A DNA stretch of 64,000 bases, taken from Bacilli bacterium (GTDB lineage Bacteria; Bacillota_I; Bacilli_A; RF39; UBA660). Below the pieces are notes generated by a model that saw only the letters and a list, made by a program, of their open reading frames with translations, had not been told where the DNA came from and searched no databases. The stretch spans positions 80,520-144,519 of the forward strand of contig JAFRHI010000023.1 of assembly GCA_017433415.1 (NCBI GenBank), written 5' to 3'. The position numbers and the translations under genes are program-made. This document shows, in pieces, positions 22,751 through 32,070 of the stretch (positions are counted from its first letter, which is position 1; each line of letters opens with the position of its first letter).

Positions 22751-24113
22751 TTTAACAATGGAAAAGTTAGTTAATTATTGCAAACAATATGGTTTTATAT
22801 TTCAAGGAAGTGAAATATATGGAGGACTTGCAAATACTTGGGATTATGGGCCATTAGGTAGTAGGTTAAAGAATAATATTAAGGATTCATGGAGAAAAAG
22901 ATTTATTCAAGAACGTCCTAATGCTTATGAAGTTGATGCGGCAATTTTGATGCATCCAAGAGTTTGGGAAGCAAGTGGTCATGTTGCTAGTTTTTCTGAT
23001 CCTTTAATAGATTGTAAGCATTGTAAATCTAGACAAAGAACAGATGAACTAATTGATGGATTTGATTCTAGTGCTCACGCTGATGGTATGAGTGAAGAAG
23101 AGATGATGTCATATATTAAGAAACATAAAGTACCATGTCCTAAATGTGGAAAAAGTGATTGGACTGATATTCGTCAATTTAAGCTTATGTTTGAGACTAA
23201 ACGAGGAGTAGTTGAAGATGGTAAAAATTTAGTTTATTTAAGACCAGAAAATGCCCAAGGAGAGTATGTTAATTTCTTAAATGTACAAAGAACTATGCGA
23301 GCAAAGCTTCCATTTAGTATTGGACAAATTGGTAAAGCTTTTAGAAATGAAATTACTCCAGGTAACTTTACTTTTAGAACTATTGAATTTGAACAAATGG
23401 AATATCAAACTTTCTGTAAGGAAGGAACTGATAGTGATTTATATAATTATTTTAAAGAATATGGTAAGAAGTATTATATGGATTTAGGTATTCCAGAAGA
23501 AAAATTAAGATTTCATGATCATGAAAAGTTAGCACATTATGCTAAAGAAGCTTGTGATATTGAATATAACTTTTGTTTCGGATGGGGAGAGATTAATGGT
23601 ACACATAATCGTACTAATTACGATCTTAGTCGTCATCAAGAATATTCTACTGTATCACAAGAATATTTAGATCCTGAAACTAATGAGAAATTTATTCCAT
23701 ATGTAATAGAATCTACTTATGGATGTGACAGAACAACACTTGCGGTACTAGATAATAGTTACTGTGAAGAACAATTAGAAAATGGTGAAACAAGAGAAGT
23801 TATGAAGTTTATTCCATATCTTGCACCATATAAAGTATGTGTACTTCCTCTTGCTAAAAAATATCATAGTGAAAAGGCAGTAGAAATATATAATGAATTA
23901 GCAAAGCACTTTATGACTAGTTACGATGAGACAGGTTCAATTGGAAAAAGATATAGAAGAAGTGATGCTATTGGTACTCCTTGGTGTATTACAGTGGATG
24001 ATGAAACTATTAATAAAGGAACTGTCACAGTAAGAGATAGAGATACTATGGAACAAATAACTTTAAAAGTAGATAAAGTTGTTGAGTATATAAACAAGAG
24101 AATTCAATTTTAG
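22743..24113 (+). CDS. glyQS: Glycine--tRNA ligase, homodimeric alpha2 type
   Basis: 456 aa. 'YGFIFQGSEIYGGLANTWDYGPLG', 'FRNEITPGNFTFRTIEFEQME', 'GCDRT' and 'SIGKRYRRSDAIGTPWCITVD' fit GlyRS. Confidence 0.92.
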   Translation: MSNLTMEKLVNYCKQYGFIFQGSEIYGGLANTWDYGPLGSRLKNNIKDSWRKRFIQERPNAYEVDAAILMHPRVWEASGHVASFSDPLIDCKHCKSRQRTDELIDGFDSSAHADGMSEEEMMSYIKKHKVPCPKCGKSDWTDIRQFKLMFETKRGVVEDGKNLVYLRPENAQGEYVNFLNVQRTMRAKLPFSIGQIGKAFRNEITPGNFTFRTIEFEQMEYQTFCKEGTDSDLYNYFKEYGKKYYMDLGIPEEKLRFHDHEKLAHYAKEACDIEYNFCFGWGEINGTHNRTNYDLSRHQEYSTVSQEYLDPETNEKFIPYVIESTYGCDRTTLAVLDNSYCEEQLENGETREVMKFIPYLAPYKVCVLPLAKKYHSEKAVEIYNELAKHFMTSYDETGSIGKRYRRSDAIGTPWCITVDDETINKGTVTVRDRDTMEQITLKVDKVVEYINKRIQF

Positions 24114-24172
24114 GATTCTCTTTTAATGATTATATTTTATATGTATAATTGATTATAGGAGGTCTTTTGTTT

Positions 24173-24604
24173 GTGAAAAAAGTTATATTAGGTGAAAAGA
24201 AAAAGAATGTTAAGTATGATTTTAGAGAAACTTGTTTTGGTATTATTTTTAAAAATGATAAGTTTTATCTTACAGAAAAACATGGTGAATTATCACTTGT
24301 TGGTGGTGGAGTAGAAGTCGGTGAGAATCACTTTGAAACTTTAAAAAGAGAAGCAATTGAAGAAGCAGGATTACAAGTTTTAGAAATAAATGATTTTGTT
24401 ACAATAGACTGTTTTTGGCATACTATAGATAATAGAGAAATGGAGTCTTTAGCAAACTTCTATTTAGTTAAAGTGTCGGATGAAATATTAGAGGCTACTG
24501 AAAATGTATCAAATTTAGTAATATTAGATGAAAAAGAATTATTAAAAAGACTTTCTTTACCATATCAAAAGAAAGCAATTGAGTTATATTTACAAGAGAG
24601 GTGA
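24173..24604 (+). CDS. NUDIX hydrolase
   Basis: Nudix box 'GGGVEVGENHFETLKREAIEEAGL'. The start is uncertain (GTG 24173 or TTG 24167). The track's TTG at 24149 overlaps the likely -10 TGTATAAT (24142-24149). Confidence 0.75.
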   Translation: MKKVILGEKKKNVKYDFRETCFGIIFKNDKFYLTEKHGELSLVGGGVEVGENHFETLKREAIEEAGLQVLEINDFVTIDCFWHTIDNREMESLANFYLVKVSDEILEATENVSNLVILDEKELLKRLSLPYQKKAIELYLQER

Positions 24605-24608
24605 TATT

Positions 24609-25295
24609 ATGCCAGTAATAGGTATTCCTTTAAGATATACAAAACTTAGTGATGAGCGACCAATTCTATTTTTAGGGGAAAGAATTAGAAGAACTTTTCA
24701 AAAGGCAGGAGCAATAATCTTACCAATTTGTCAGGTTCAAGACTGTGATTATATTAATACGAAGTATAATGAATATTTGCCTTTAACAGAAGACGAAAAA
24801 GAAACTATTAATAAATATTTAGATATGGTAGATGGTGTAGTATTTCCTGGTGGTAAAAAGATTACTCCTTTTGATGAGTATTTATTGAAACGTTGTATTG
24901 AGAGAAAAATCCCAACTTTAGGTATTTGTTTAGGAATGCAATTAATGAGTTGTTTTAATGAGAAATTTGAGGTTTATCCAAATGAAGAGAAGAGTCATTT
25001 TCAAGATAATGATTTAGAACTTACACATAAAGTAAAAATACAAAAAGAAACTTTACTTTATGAGATACTCGGTAAAGAAGAAATACTTGTTAATAGTTTT
25101 CATAATTATCATGTAGAAATTAATAATGATTATAAAGTTAATGCTATTAGTGATGATGGTTTTGTTGAGGGTATTGAACTAGCAGATGATGTATTTAGTT
25201 TAGGTATTCAATGGCATCCAGAAATTAGCTATGACTTTGATGAGAACTCTAAAAAGATAATAGATTATTTTATTGATATTTGTTCAACACTTTGA
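24609..25295 (+). CDS. Class I glutamine amidotransferase-like gamma-glutamyl hydrolase (peptidase C26, PuuD-like)
   Basis: Nucleophile elbow 'GICLGMQL' and 'IQWHPE'. The ATG at 24609 follows GAGAGGTGA. Confidence 0.75.
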   Translation: MPVIGIPLRYTKLSDERPILFLGERIRRTFQKAGAIILPICQVQDCDYINTKYNEYLPLTEDEKETINKYLDMVDGVVFPGGKKITPFDEYLLKRCIERKIPTLGICLGMQLMSCFNEKFEVYPNEEKSHFQDNDLELTHKVKIQKETLLYEILGKEEILVNSFHNYHVEINNDYKVNAISDDGFVEGIELADDVFSLGIQWHPEISYDFDENSKKIIDYFIDICSTL

Positions 25296-25328
25296 TATAT
25301 TATTTTTACAATAAGGAGTGTTGTATAG

Positions 25329-26084
25329 ATGAGTTATATAATTTTGGCAATTATATTATTTGGGATATTAGCAGGTTTTTTACCTCCCTTAATTTGTTGG
25401 CTTGTTTACGATGTGGCTTTTATTGCTGCGATAGTTTGTATTATTATTATATTGGTGGAATTTATTAAAAATAAAAAGATTTCTGCTAAAATTGTTTATG
25501 TAGTTATATTAATAGCTTTTATTCTTTTTTCAAAAACACCTTTTGTATTTATTCATAATTATAGTGAAGTAAAAAAAGACTTGGAAAAGGGGTCATTTAC
25601 TGGTAAGTATAAAATTTTAAATGTAAGAAAAGAACATGTTGAAAATAGTAGTGGTGAAAGTTATGGTGGGTTTGATTGTGATTATGTTTTTGATGTTAAA
25701 TTAAATGATGATACTGGTATTGTATATCAAACTTCTTACTGTGAGAATGGAACATTTTGGACAGAGTATCATGTCTTGAATAATTACATATATCACTATA
25801 TGGCATATTATTTAGATTCCTATAATAAAAGTAATTCTACTAACTTGAAATTTGTTGATGGTGATGATTTGTATGGTACTGATGCATTTTATATTTCTTA
25901 TCATACTGATGATATTGAGCAACTGTATCAATTTATTGATTATTTTTTCTCTCAAACTCCTGCTCTTTCATATCAGTTTAAGATACAGGACGAAGATACT
26001 AATAGATTTTATTTTGTTTCACCCAATGATGATGAATATAAGCATGCAATAGAAATGGATAGAAAATATCATAATAATTATTAA
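25329..26084 (+). CDS. Hypothetical membrane protein (3 N-terminal TM helices plus a soluble domain)
   Basis: 251-aa ORF with RBS AAGGAG. No recognised motif. Confidence 0.5.
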   Translation: MSYIILAIILFGILAGFLPPLICWLVYDVAFIAAIVCIIIILVEFIKNKKISAKIVYVVILIAFILFSKTPFVFIHNYSEVKKDLEKGSFTGKYKILNVRKEHVENSSGESYGGFDCDYVFDVKLNDDTGIVYQTSYCENGTFWTEYHVLNNYIYHYMAYYLDSYNKSNSTNLKFVDGDDLYGTDAFYISYHTDDIEQLYQFIDYFFSQTPALSYQFKIQDEDTNRFYFVSPNDDEYKHAIEMDRKYHNNY

Positions 26085-26099
26085 AAATGTTAAAAAGTG

Positions 26100-26267
26100 T
26101 TGACAAATAAGGACTTTTAGCATAAAATGTTACTAGTCGAGAAAAAAGGAAAGAGATTTATATCCACCTGATCAGCGAATAGCGATGGGTTAAAGGCCGA
26201 GGGAAACAATTTTGTTTTAATATGGTTTTTAAGTGGATATAAGTTTTATATCTGCTTTTCTTATTTT
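26100..26267 (+). promoter_or_regulatory. Promoter plus L20-leader-type attenuator of the infC-rpmI-rplT operon
   Basis: TTGACA (26100-26105), 17 nt, TAAAAT (26123-26128). A long-range helix pairs GATTTATATCCAC (26155-26167) with GTGGATATAAG (26233-26243). It competes with the terminator GATATAA-GTT-TTATATC (26236-26252) plus its T-rich tail. This location and logic match the Firmicute L20 leader. Confidence 0.65.
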
Positions 26268-26819
26268 ATGGAGGTGTTAGATATCGCAAAAGTTAATGAT
26301 AACATGTTGATTAATGATCAGATTAAAGTTCCTGAAGTTTTGGTTATTGGACCAAATGGTGAGCAAGTAGGAGTAAAGACTATTCAAGATGCAAAAACTT
26401 TAGCTAGTTATGCAGCTCTTGATTTAGTACTTATTAGTCCTAATGCTAATCCACCAGTATGTAAAGTAATGGATTATAATAAATTCCGTTATGAAAAACA
26501 AAAGAAAGCTAAAGAGGCTTTGAAAAAGCAAAAAGCAAATATGTCAGAACTTAAAGAGTATCGTTTATCGCCTGTTATTGATGTTGGTGATTTTGAGACA
26601 AAACTAAGAAATGCAACAAAGTATCTTGAAAAGGGAGATAGAATAAAACTTACAATTCGTTTTAAAGGTCGTCAAATGGCTCATACGGAACTTGGTAAGG
26701 ATGTTTTAAATCGCTTCGCCGACCGTGTTAAAGATTATGCAGATATGGAACAAAGTCCTAAGTTAGATGGTAGAACTATGACTTGTATTTTAGTTCCAAA
26801 AAAAGACAATAATAAGTAG
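26268..26819 (+). CDS. infC: Translation initiation factor IF-3
   Basis: 'INDQIKVPEVLVIGPNGEQVGVKTIQDAKTLA', 'KVMDYNKFRYEKQKK' and 'IRFKGRQMAH' fit IF-3. The real start may be the ATC at 26283 (see findings). Confidence 0.9.
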   Translation: MEVLDIAKVNDNMLINDQIKVPEVLVIGPNGEQVGVKTIQDAKTLASYAALDLVLISPNANPPVCKVMDYNKFRYEKQKKAKEALKKQKANMSELKEYRLSPVIDVGDFETKLRNATKYLEKGDRIKLTIRFKGRQMAHTELGKDVLNRFADRVKDYADMEQSPKLDGRTMTCILVPKKDNNK

Positions 26820-26830
26820 GAGGAATAAAT

Positions 26831-27016
26831 ATGCCAAAAATTAAGACACATAAAGGAACAGCAAAAGTTTTAACAAAAAGAAAGAATGATTATAAAATTG
26901 GTAAACCAGGTAGTAGACATAATACTGGTGCAAAAAGTGCAAGCTACAATAGAGGTTGCAGAAAGGGATCTAACCTTAGTAAGGCAGATCAAAATAGATT
27001 AAAGAATTTAATCTAA
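26831..27016 (+). CDS. rpmI: 50S ribosomal protein L35
   Basis: 61 aa, starting 'MPKIKTHKGTAK'. Basic composition. Positioned between infC and rplT. Confidence 0.9.
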   Translation: MPKIKTHKGTAKVLTKRKNDYKIGKPGSRHNTGAKSASYNRGCRKGSNLSKADQNRLKNLI

Positions 27017-27040
27017 TAAAATTTTGAAGGAGGAAGAAGC

Positions 27041-27682
27041 ATGGCAAGAGTAAAAAATGGAGCAGTTACTAAAGCTCGTCATAAAAAAGTATTAAAAGAA
27101 GCTAAAGGTTACTTTGGAAGTAAACATAGATTATATAAGTCAGCTAAAGAACAATTAATGCATTCTGGACAATATGCCTTTAGAGATAGAAAACAAAAGA
27201 AGAGAGATTTCAGAAAGTTATGGATTACAAGAATTAATGCTGCTTGTAGACAAAATGATATTTCTTATTCAAGATTTATTGAAGGTTTAACTAAGGCTGG
27301 TGTTGAAGTTAACAGAAAAATGTTAAGTGAAATTGCTATTAATGATCCAAAAGCATTTACTGAATTAGTTAAAGTTGCTAAAGATGGTAAAGCTGGAAAA
27401 GTAAAACCTGCAAGTGAAGTTGTTGGTAAAGAAGTAACAATTGGTGCTAAAAAAGCTGCTAAGAAAGTAGAAGAAAAGAAAGCACCTGCAAAGAAAGAGA
27501 CAGCTAAGAAAGAATCAGTAAAGAAAGAAACAACAAAAAAAGTAGAAAAGAAAGAAACTAAGAAAGAAGCAGTTGATTATTCAAAAATGACTGTTGCTGA
27601 ATTAAAAGCAGTTGCTGCTAAAAAGAAAATAGCAGTTACTGGTATGAAAAAAGCTGAAATAATTGCAGCTTTAGAAAAATAA
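27041..27682 (+). CDS. rplT: 50S ribosomal protein L20 with a C-terminal K/E-rich extension of about 95 aa ending in a Rho_N/HeH-like motif
   Basis: The first ~118 aa are canonical L20 ('[22 protein letters not shown]...[19 protein letters not shown]...[14 protein letters not shown]'). The ORF continues without a stop to 213 aa. Confidence 0.9.
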   Translation: MARVKNGAVTKARHKKVLKEAKGYFGSKHRLYKSAKEQLMHSGQYAFRDRKQKKRDFRKLWITRINAACRQNDISYSRFIEGLTKAGVEVNRKMLSEIAINDPKAFTELVKVAKDGKAGKVKPASEVVGKEVTIGAKKAAKKVEEKKAPAKKETAKKESVKKETTKKVEKKETKKEAVDYSKMTVAELKAVAAKKKIAVTGMKKAEIIAALEK

Positions 27683-27773
27683 ACATATTAGTGAATTGAC
27701 TAATCTAGTGCCTAATGGTGGTTAGTTTTAGAAACTAATAGAAGATGAAAACGAAAAGGAGAATTAAAAAAAT

Positions 27774-28832
27774 ATGACTGTTGTATCAATGAATTATTTA
27801 TTAGAAGCTGGTGTTCAATTTGGACATCAAAAAAGAAGATGGAATCCTAAAATGAAGGAATATATCTTCACTACTCGTGATGATATTTATATTATCGATT
27901 TACAAAAAACTGTAAAAAAATTAGAAGAAGCTTATGAAGCTTTAAAAGAAATAGCTCAAAATGAAGGAAAAGTTCTATTTGTAGGAACAAAGAAACAAGC
28001 TCAAGAAGCTGCTGAAGAATCAGCAGTTAGAACTAACATGTATTTCGTAAACGAAAGATGGTTAGGTGGAACACTTACTAATTTCAAAACTATTCGTTCT
28101 AGAATTAGAAGAATGGAAGAAATTGAAAAAATGGAAACTGATGGTACTTTTGAGGCTTTACCTAAAAAAGAAGTTATTGGTATTCGTAAAGAATATGATA
28201 AGTTAAATAGAAACTTAAGAGGAATTCGTGAAATGAAGAAGATGCCTCAAGCTATGGTAATTGTTGATCCTCGTAAAGAAGAAATCGCAATTAAAGAGGC
28301 TCGTATATTAGGTATTCCAGTATTTGGTATCGTAGATACTAACTGTGATCCTGATATGGTTGATTACGTAATTCCAGGAAATGATGATGCTGTTAGATCA
28401 GTAAAACTTTTAATTGGAGCTTTAACTAATGCAATTGCTGAAGTTAATGGTAATGAAGTAATTGATTATATAAGTGAAGATGACAAGGTAAAAGCAGAAA
28501 AAGGCGAAGTAGAAGAAAAAGAAGAAAAGGTTGAAAAAGCTGAAAAGGTAGAAAAACCAAAGAAAGCTGAAAAAGAAGAAAAAGTTGAGAAAACTGAAAA
28601 ACCTAAAAAAGAAGTAAAAGAAGAAAAGGAAGAGAAAAAAGAAGCTAAGAAAACTTCTAAAGTAAGTGAAAAAGCAGAAGCTAAAAAAGAAAAGGCAGTT
28701 GTAGAAAAGAAAGTTAGTGAAGATTTAAATGCTTTAACATTAGCAGATTTAAAAGCTAAAGCAAAAGAGGCTGGTATTAAAGGTTATTCTACAATGAAAA
28801 AAGCTGAATTAGTTGAAGCTTTAACTAAATAG
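27774..28832 (+). CDS. rpsB: 30S ribosomal protein S2 with a C-terminal K/E-rich extension of about 110 aa ending in a Rho_N/HeH-like motif
   Basis: Canonical S2 core ('[19 protein letters not shown]...FVGTKKQAQ...[11 protein letters not shown]...VDTNCDPD'). The ORF continues to 352 aa. Confidence 0.9.
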   Translation: MTVVSMNYLLEAGVQFGHQKRRWNPKMKEYIFTTRDDIYIIDLQKTVKKLEEAYEALKEIAQNEGKVLFVGTKKQAQEAAEESAVRTNMYFVNERWLGGTLTNFKTIRSRIRRMEEIEKMETDGTFEALPKKEVIGIRKEYDKLNRNLRGIREMKKMPQAMVIVDPRKEEIAIKEARILGIPVFGIVDTNCDPDMVDYVIPGNDDAVRSVKLLIGALTNAIAEVNGNEVIDYISEDDKVKAEKGEVEEKEEKVEKAEKVEKPKKAEKEEKVEKTEKPKKEVKEEKEEKKEAKKTSKVSEKAEAKKEKAVVEKKVSEDLNALTLADLKAKAKEAGIKGYSTMKKAELVEALTK

Positions 28833-28842
28833 TTTACTTAAG

Positions 28843-28868
28843 GAGTGGTATTAGTTACCACTCTTTTT
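28843..28868 (+). terminator. Hairpin with a short T-run between rpsB and tsf (partial terminator/attenuator)
   Basis: GAGTGGTA-TTAGT-TACCACTC followed by TTTTTC. Confidence 0.5.
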
Positions 28869-28896
28869 CTAAATATGAATATAGAGGAGGATAATT

Positions 28897-29787
28897 ATGT
28901 TTAGTGCAAGTGATGTAAAAGAATTAAGAGAAAAAACTGGTGCTGGAATGATGGATTGTAAGAAAGCACTTGAAGCCTGTGAAGGTAATATGGACAAAGC
29001 AGTTGATTGGTTAAGAGAAAAAGGAATTGCTAAAGCTGCTAAAAAAGAATCAAGAATTGCTGCTGAAGGTTTAACTGATTTGGCTGCTGATGAGAATGTA
29101 GCTGTTGTTTTAGAAGTTAACTGTGAAACTGATTTTGTTACAAAAAATGAGAAGTTTACTGATTTAGTAAAAGAAATTAGAAAAGCATTGTTAAATAATG
29201 AATGTTCTACTATGGAAGAAGCAAAAGAGTTAAAATTAGATGATGGTAAGACTATTGCTGAAAGATTAGTAGAAGAAACAGCAACTATCGGAGAAAAGAT
29301 TTCATTTAGAAGATTTGAAAGAATTGTTAAAAATGATGATGAAGTATTTGGTCTTTACTCACATATGGGTGGAAGAATATCTTCAGTTGTTGTATTAAAA
29401 GGTGGAGATCGTGATGTTGCAAGAGATGTTGCAATGCAAGCTGCTGCCATGAGTCCAATTGCAGTTAATCGTGATAGCGTTCCAGCTGACGTTGTGGAAC
29501 ATGAAAAAGAAATGATTAAAGCTGAAATGAAAAATGATCCTAAAAATGAAAAGAAACCAGAAGAAATTTTAGATAAAATGGCAACTGGTAAACTTTCTAA
29601 ATTCTTTAAAGAAAATTGTTTAGTAGAACAAGACTTCATTAAAGATTCTTCTCTAACTGTTGAAAAATATGTTAAAGAAAATGGTGGAGAAGTTCTTTCA
29701 ATGGTAAGATATGCTGTTGGTGAAGGTATTGAAAAGAAACAAGAAGATTTTGCTGCTGAAGTAGCTGCTCAAATAAATGCTGCTTAA
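28897..29787 (+). CDS. tsf: Elongation factor Ts
   Basis: UBA-like N-terminus 'VKELREKTGAGMMDCKKALEACEGNMDKAVDWLREKG' and the dimerisation core 'LEVNCETDFV'. Confidence 0.92.
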   Translation: MFSASDVKELREKTGAGMMDCKKALEACEGNMDKAVDWLREKGIAKAAKKESRIAAEGLTDLAADENVAVVLEVNCETDFVTKNEKFTDLVKEIRKALLNNECSTMEEAKELKLDDGKTIAERLVEETATIGEKISFRRFERIVKNDDEVFGLYSHMGGRISSVVVLKGGDRDVARDVAMQAAAMSPIAVNRDSVPADVVEHEKEMIKAEMKNDPKNEKKPEEILDKMATGKLSKFFKENCLVEQDFIKDSSLTVEKYVKENGGEVLSMVRYAVGEGIEKKQEDFAAEVAAQINAA

Positions 29788-29810
29788 TAGTAAAATATGT
29801 GTAAATAAAT

Positions 29811-29841
29811 AAGTATATTTTGGGATATACTTATTTTTTTT
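29811..29841 (+). terminator. Rho-independent terminator after tsf
   Basis: AAGTATAT-TTTGGG-ATATACTT followed by ATTTTTTTT. Confidence 0.8.
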
Positions 29842-29880
29842 ATTACTATTTTGCTATACTTAAGATAATAGAGGTGGCTT

Positions 29881-31998
29881 ATGGAAAAAGATAATATTGA
29901 AAAAATTGATGAACAAATAAAAGATATTATGGATGGAAATAAATCTAAAAAGGGAAAACGGGAAGTAATAGTAGATAGAAAATATGCTTATGATGATGGG
30001 GACACTAAAAAAATTGATGCTATTAGTGATATAGACGAAGAAGAAGTAAAGGATAACGTATCAGAAGATATGGAAAAGGCTGTTGAAGAAGAAAAGGAAA
30101 AGACTGTTGAAGAAGAAATTGTAAAAGAAGAAGATAAAGATGTTGAGACGGATGATGATAAACATGGTAAAAATGATTCTAAAAAGAAGAAGAAAAAGAC
30201 TTTATTTTGGATTTTAGGATGCTTAATTTTAGTATTATTGATATTATTAATTATTTTGATACCAGAACCTAAAGAGGAAAAGAAAGAAGTAAAAAAGAAA
30301 AATGAATTAAGTAGTAGTGAACAAGAGAAAATAATTACTGGATATGGCGATGCTTTAAAAGGAGTTATTGCGGTTTATTATGATAAACAAAATGTATTAT
30401 TAGAGTATGAAGATGCTGTTAAATTAGTTAATTATGATTATAAAGTTAAATGTGGTGAGCATGAAATTTATGATGATGGCGAATTATATTTAAATAATTG
30501 TAGTATTAATGGAAAAAGTACCAAACATTTTTATGGTAAAAAACAAGAAAAAGAAGAACTAGTTATTAGTGATAAAGATATTGTTGTTTATGTTTCAAAG
30601 AGTAGTGGTATTGCTACACTAACTAAACCTAGTAATGTTAAAGATTATGATCTTTATAAATTTCAAATAGATGGAGCTTATAGTGAACTTAAGTTATTAG
30701 ATGAAAAAAACAGTGATTATGTTTTATATACAGATGAAAATTATAATGTTTATATGATTAATTATAAAACAGGTAAAAAGGTGTTAGATCCACTAAATTA
30801 TGAATCAATATTACCGATAATTTATAAAGGTAATTATGATAGTGATTATATTGCGGTATTAATTAATAATAAATGGGGAATTTATAATATTAATACAAGA
30901 GAAAGAGTTGTGGGACATTATTATGATAGTGTTTCAGTTAGTCTATCGATGGGGATATCAGGACCTGCAATGAATATTTTTAGTCTTGATGATGGAGTAA
31001 TAGCTGTCGCTAATTATGGAGAAAATTCAGAATTTGGTGTTATTAATTATCGTGATAATACAATGATTATTCCTGTTGAATATAATCAAATGCTTAAGAG
31101 TGGTAATTATTTATGGGCAATTGATGGTTATGGTGATGGTCATATTTTTGATTATAATGGTAATGAATACTTAGAAGATGAATATGATAAAATATATGGA
31201 ATAGTTGATGGTAAATATGTATTAATCAAAGAAAATGACAATGTTAAGTTAGTTACACTTAAAGGTAAAGAATTATATGATTATGGGGAATTAAATTTAG
31301 AAGATGCTAATTTTGCTATTGCATATAAAGATGGGGCATTATTTCAATTTGATAATCCTAATAAAGATAGTGATGATTATAAAACTGATTGTTTAGAAGT
31401 TATTTATGATAATAGTAAAAAAGAAGGAGAAGTAAAAACTACTGAATGTGGTGGAATAGCTAAGCCAATTCTTTACTTATATCCTAAGAAGATGGAAAAG
31501 GTAACTGTTAATTTTGAACATCCTGAGTATTTAAAAACTACTTATCCGAAGTTTAATGGTAATTGGGAAGTAGAGGCACACCATAATGGTGATTTATATG
31601 ATAAAAATGGTAAATACTATTATGGACTTTATTGGGATGAATTTAAAGTACATAATGTTGATTTTAGTACCGGTTATTATGTTACTAAAGATATGGCAAT
31701 TGAGTTTTTGGAAGAAAAATTAGATTATATTGGTTTATCTCCAAGAGAAGCTAATGAATTTATAACTTATTGGTTGCCAATACTTGAAGATAATGAACAA
31801 AGCTTGGTTTATTTTGAACTTACTGAAGAAAGAGAAAGCTATAATAAATTAAATATAAATCCAAAACCAGATTCATTACTTCGTTTAGTTATTCATATTA
31901 AAAAAGTAGATGAAAAAGTAGATATTGAAAAACAGAAATTAACTAGATTTAAAAGAAGAGGTTTTGTTGCTGTTGAATGGGGTGGAACCACTTATTAA
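29881..31998 (+). CDS. Large membrane-anchored protein: acidic cytoplasmic N-terminus, one TM, WG-like repeats and a conserved-looking C-terminal domain
   Basis: TM 'LFWILGCLILVLLILLIILI'. Repeats include 'NNKWGIYNINTRERVV' and 'SEFGVINYRDNTMIIPVEYNQ'. The C-terminal module is 'KPILYLYPKKMEKVTVNFEHPEYL...YYGLYWDE...ANEFITYWLP'. Confidence 0.55.
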   Translation: MEKDNIEKIDEQIKDIMDGNKSKKGKREVIVDRKYAYDDGDTKKIDAISDIDEEEVKDNVSEDMEKAVEEEKEKTVEEEIVKEEDKDVETDDDKHGKNDSKKKKKKTLFWILGCLILVLLILLIILIPEPKEEKKEVKKKNELSSSEQEKIITGYGDALKGVIAVYYDKQNVLLEYEDAVKLVNYDYKVKCGEHEIYDDGELYLNNCSINGKSTKHFYGKKQEKEELVISDKDIVVYVSKSSGIATLTKPSNVKDYDLYKFQIDGAYSELKLLDEKNSDYVLYTDENYNVYMINYKTGKKVLDPLNYESILPIIYKGNYDSDYIAVLINNKWGIYNINTRERVVGHYYDSVSVSLSMGISGPAMNIFSLDDGVIAVANYGENSEFGVINYRDNTMIIPVEYNQMLKSGNYLWAIDGYGDGHIFDYNGNEYLEDEYDKIYGIVDGKYVLIKENDNVKLVTLKGKELYDYGELNLEDANFAIAYKDGALFQFDNPNKDSDDYKTDCLEVIYDNSKKEGEVKTTECGGIAKPILYLYPKKMEKVTVNFEHPEYLKTTYPKFNGNWEVEAHHNGDLYDKNGKYYYGLYWDEFKVHNVDFSTGYYVTKDMAIEFLEEKLDYIGLSPREANEFITYWLPILEDNEQSLVYFELTEERESYNKLNINPKPDSLLRLVIHIKKVDEKVDIEKQKLTRFKRRGFVAVEWGGTTY

Positions 31999-32002
31999 AA
32001 AT

Positions 32003-32028
32003 AAGTAGTTTTTACTACTTGTTTTTTT
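32003..32028 (+). terminator. Rho-independent terminator
   Basis: AAGTAGT-TTTT-ACTACTT then G + T7. Confidence 0.8.
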
Positions 32029-32070
32029 AAATATTTTTGATATAATAAGCGCAAATGAGGGGATGTAAAT

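Noticed and set aside
27430-28720. Repetitive GAAAAAG/AAAGAA-rich DNA in the 3' parts of rplT and rpsB, considered as a tandem repeat or CRISPR-like array
   Set aside because: The repeats are irregular and in-frame, and they encode K/E low-complexity linkers inside continuous ORFs. There is no repeat-spacer periodicity.
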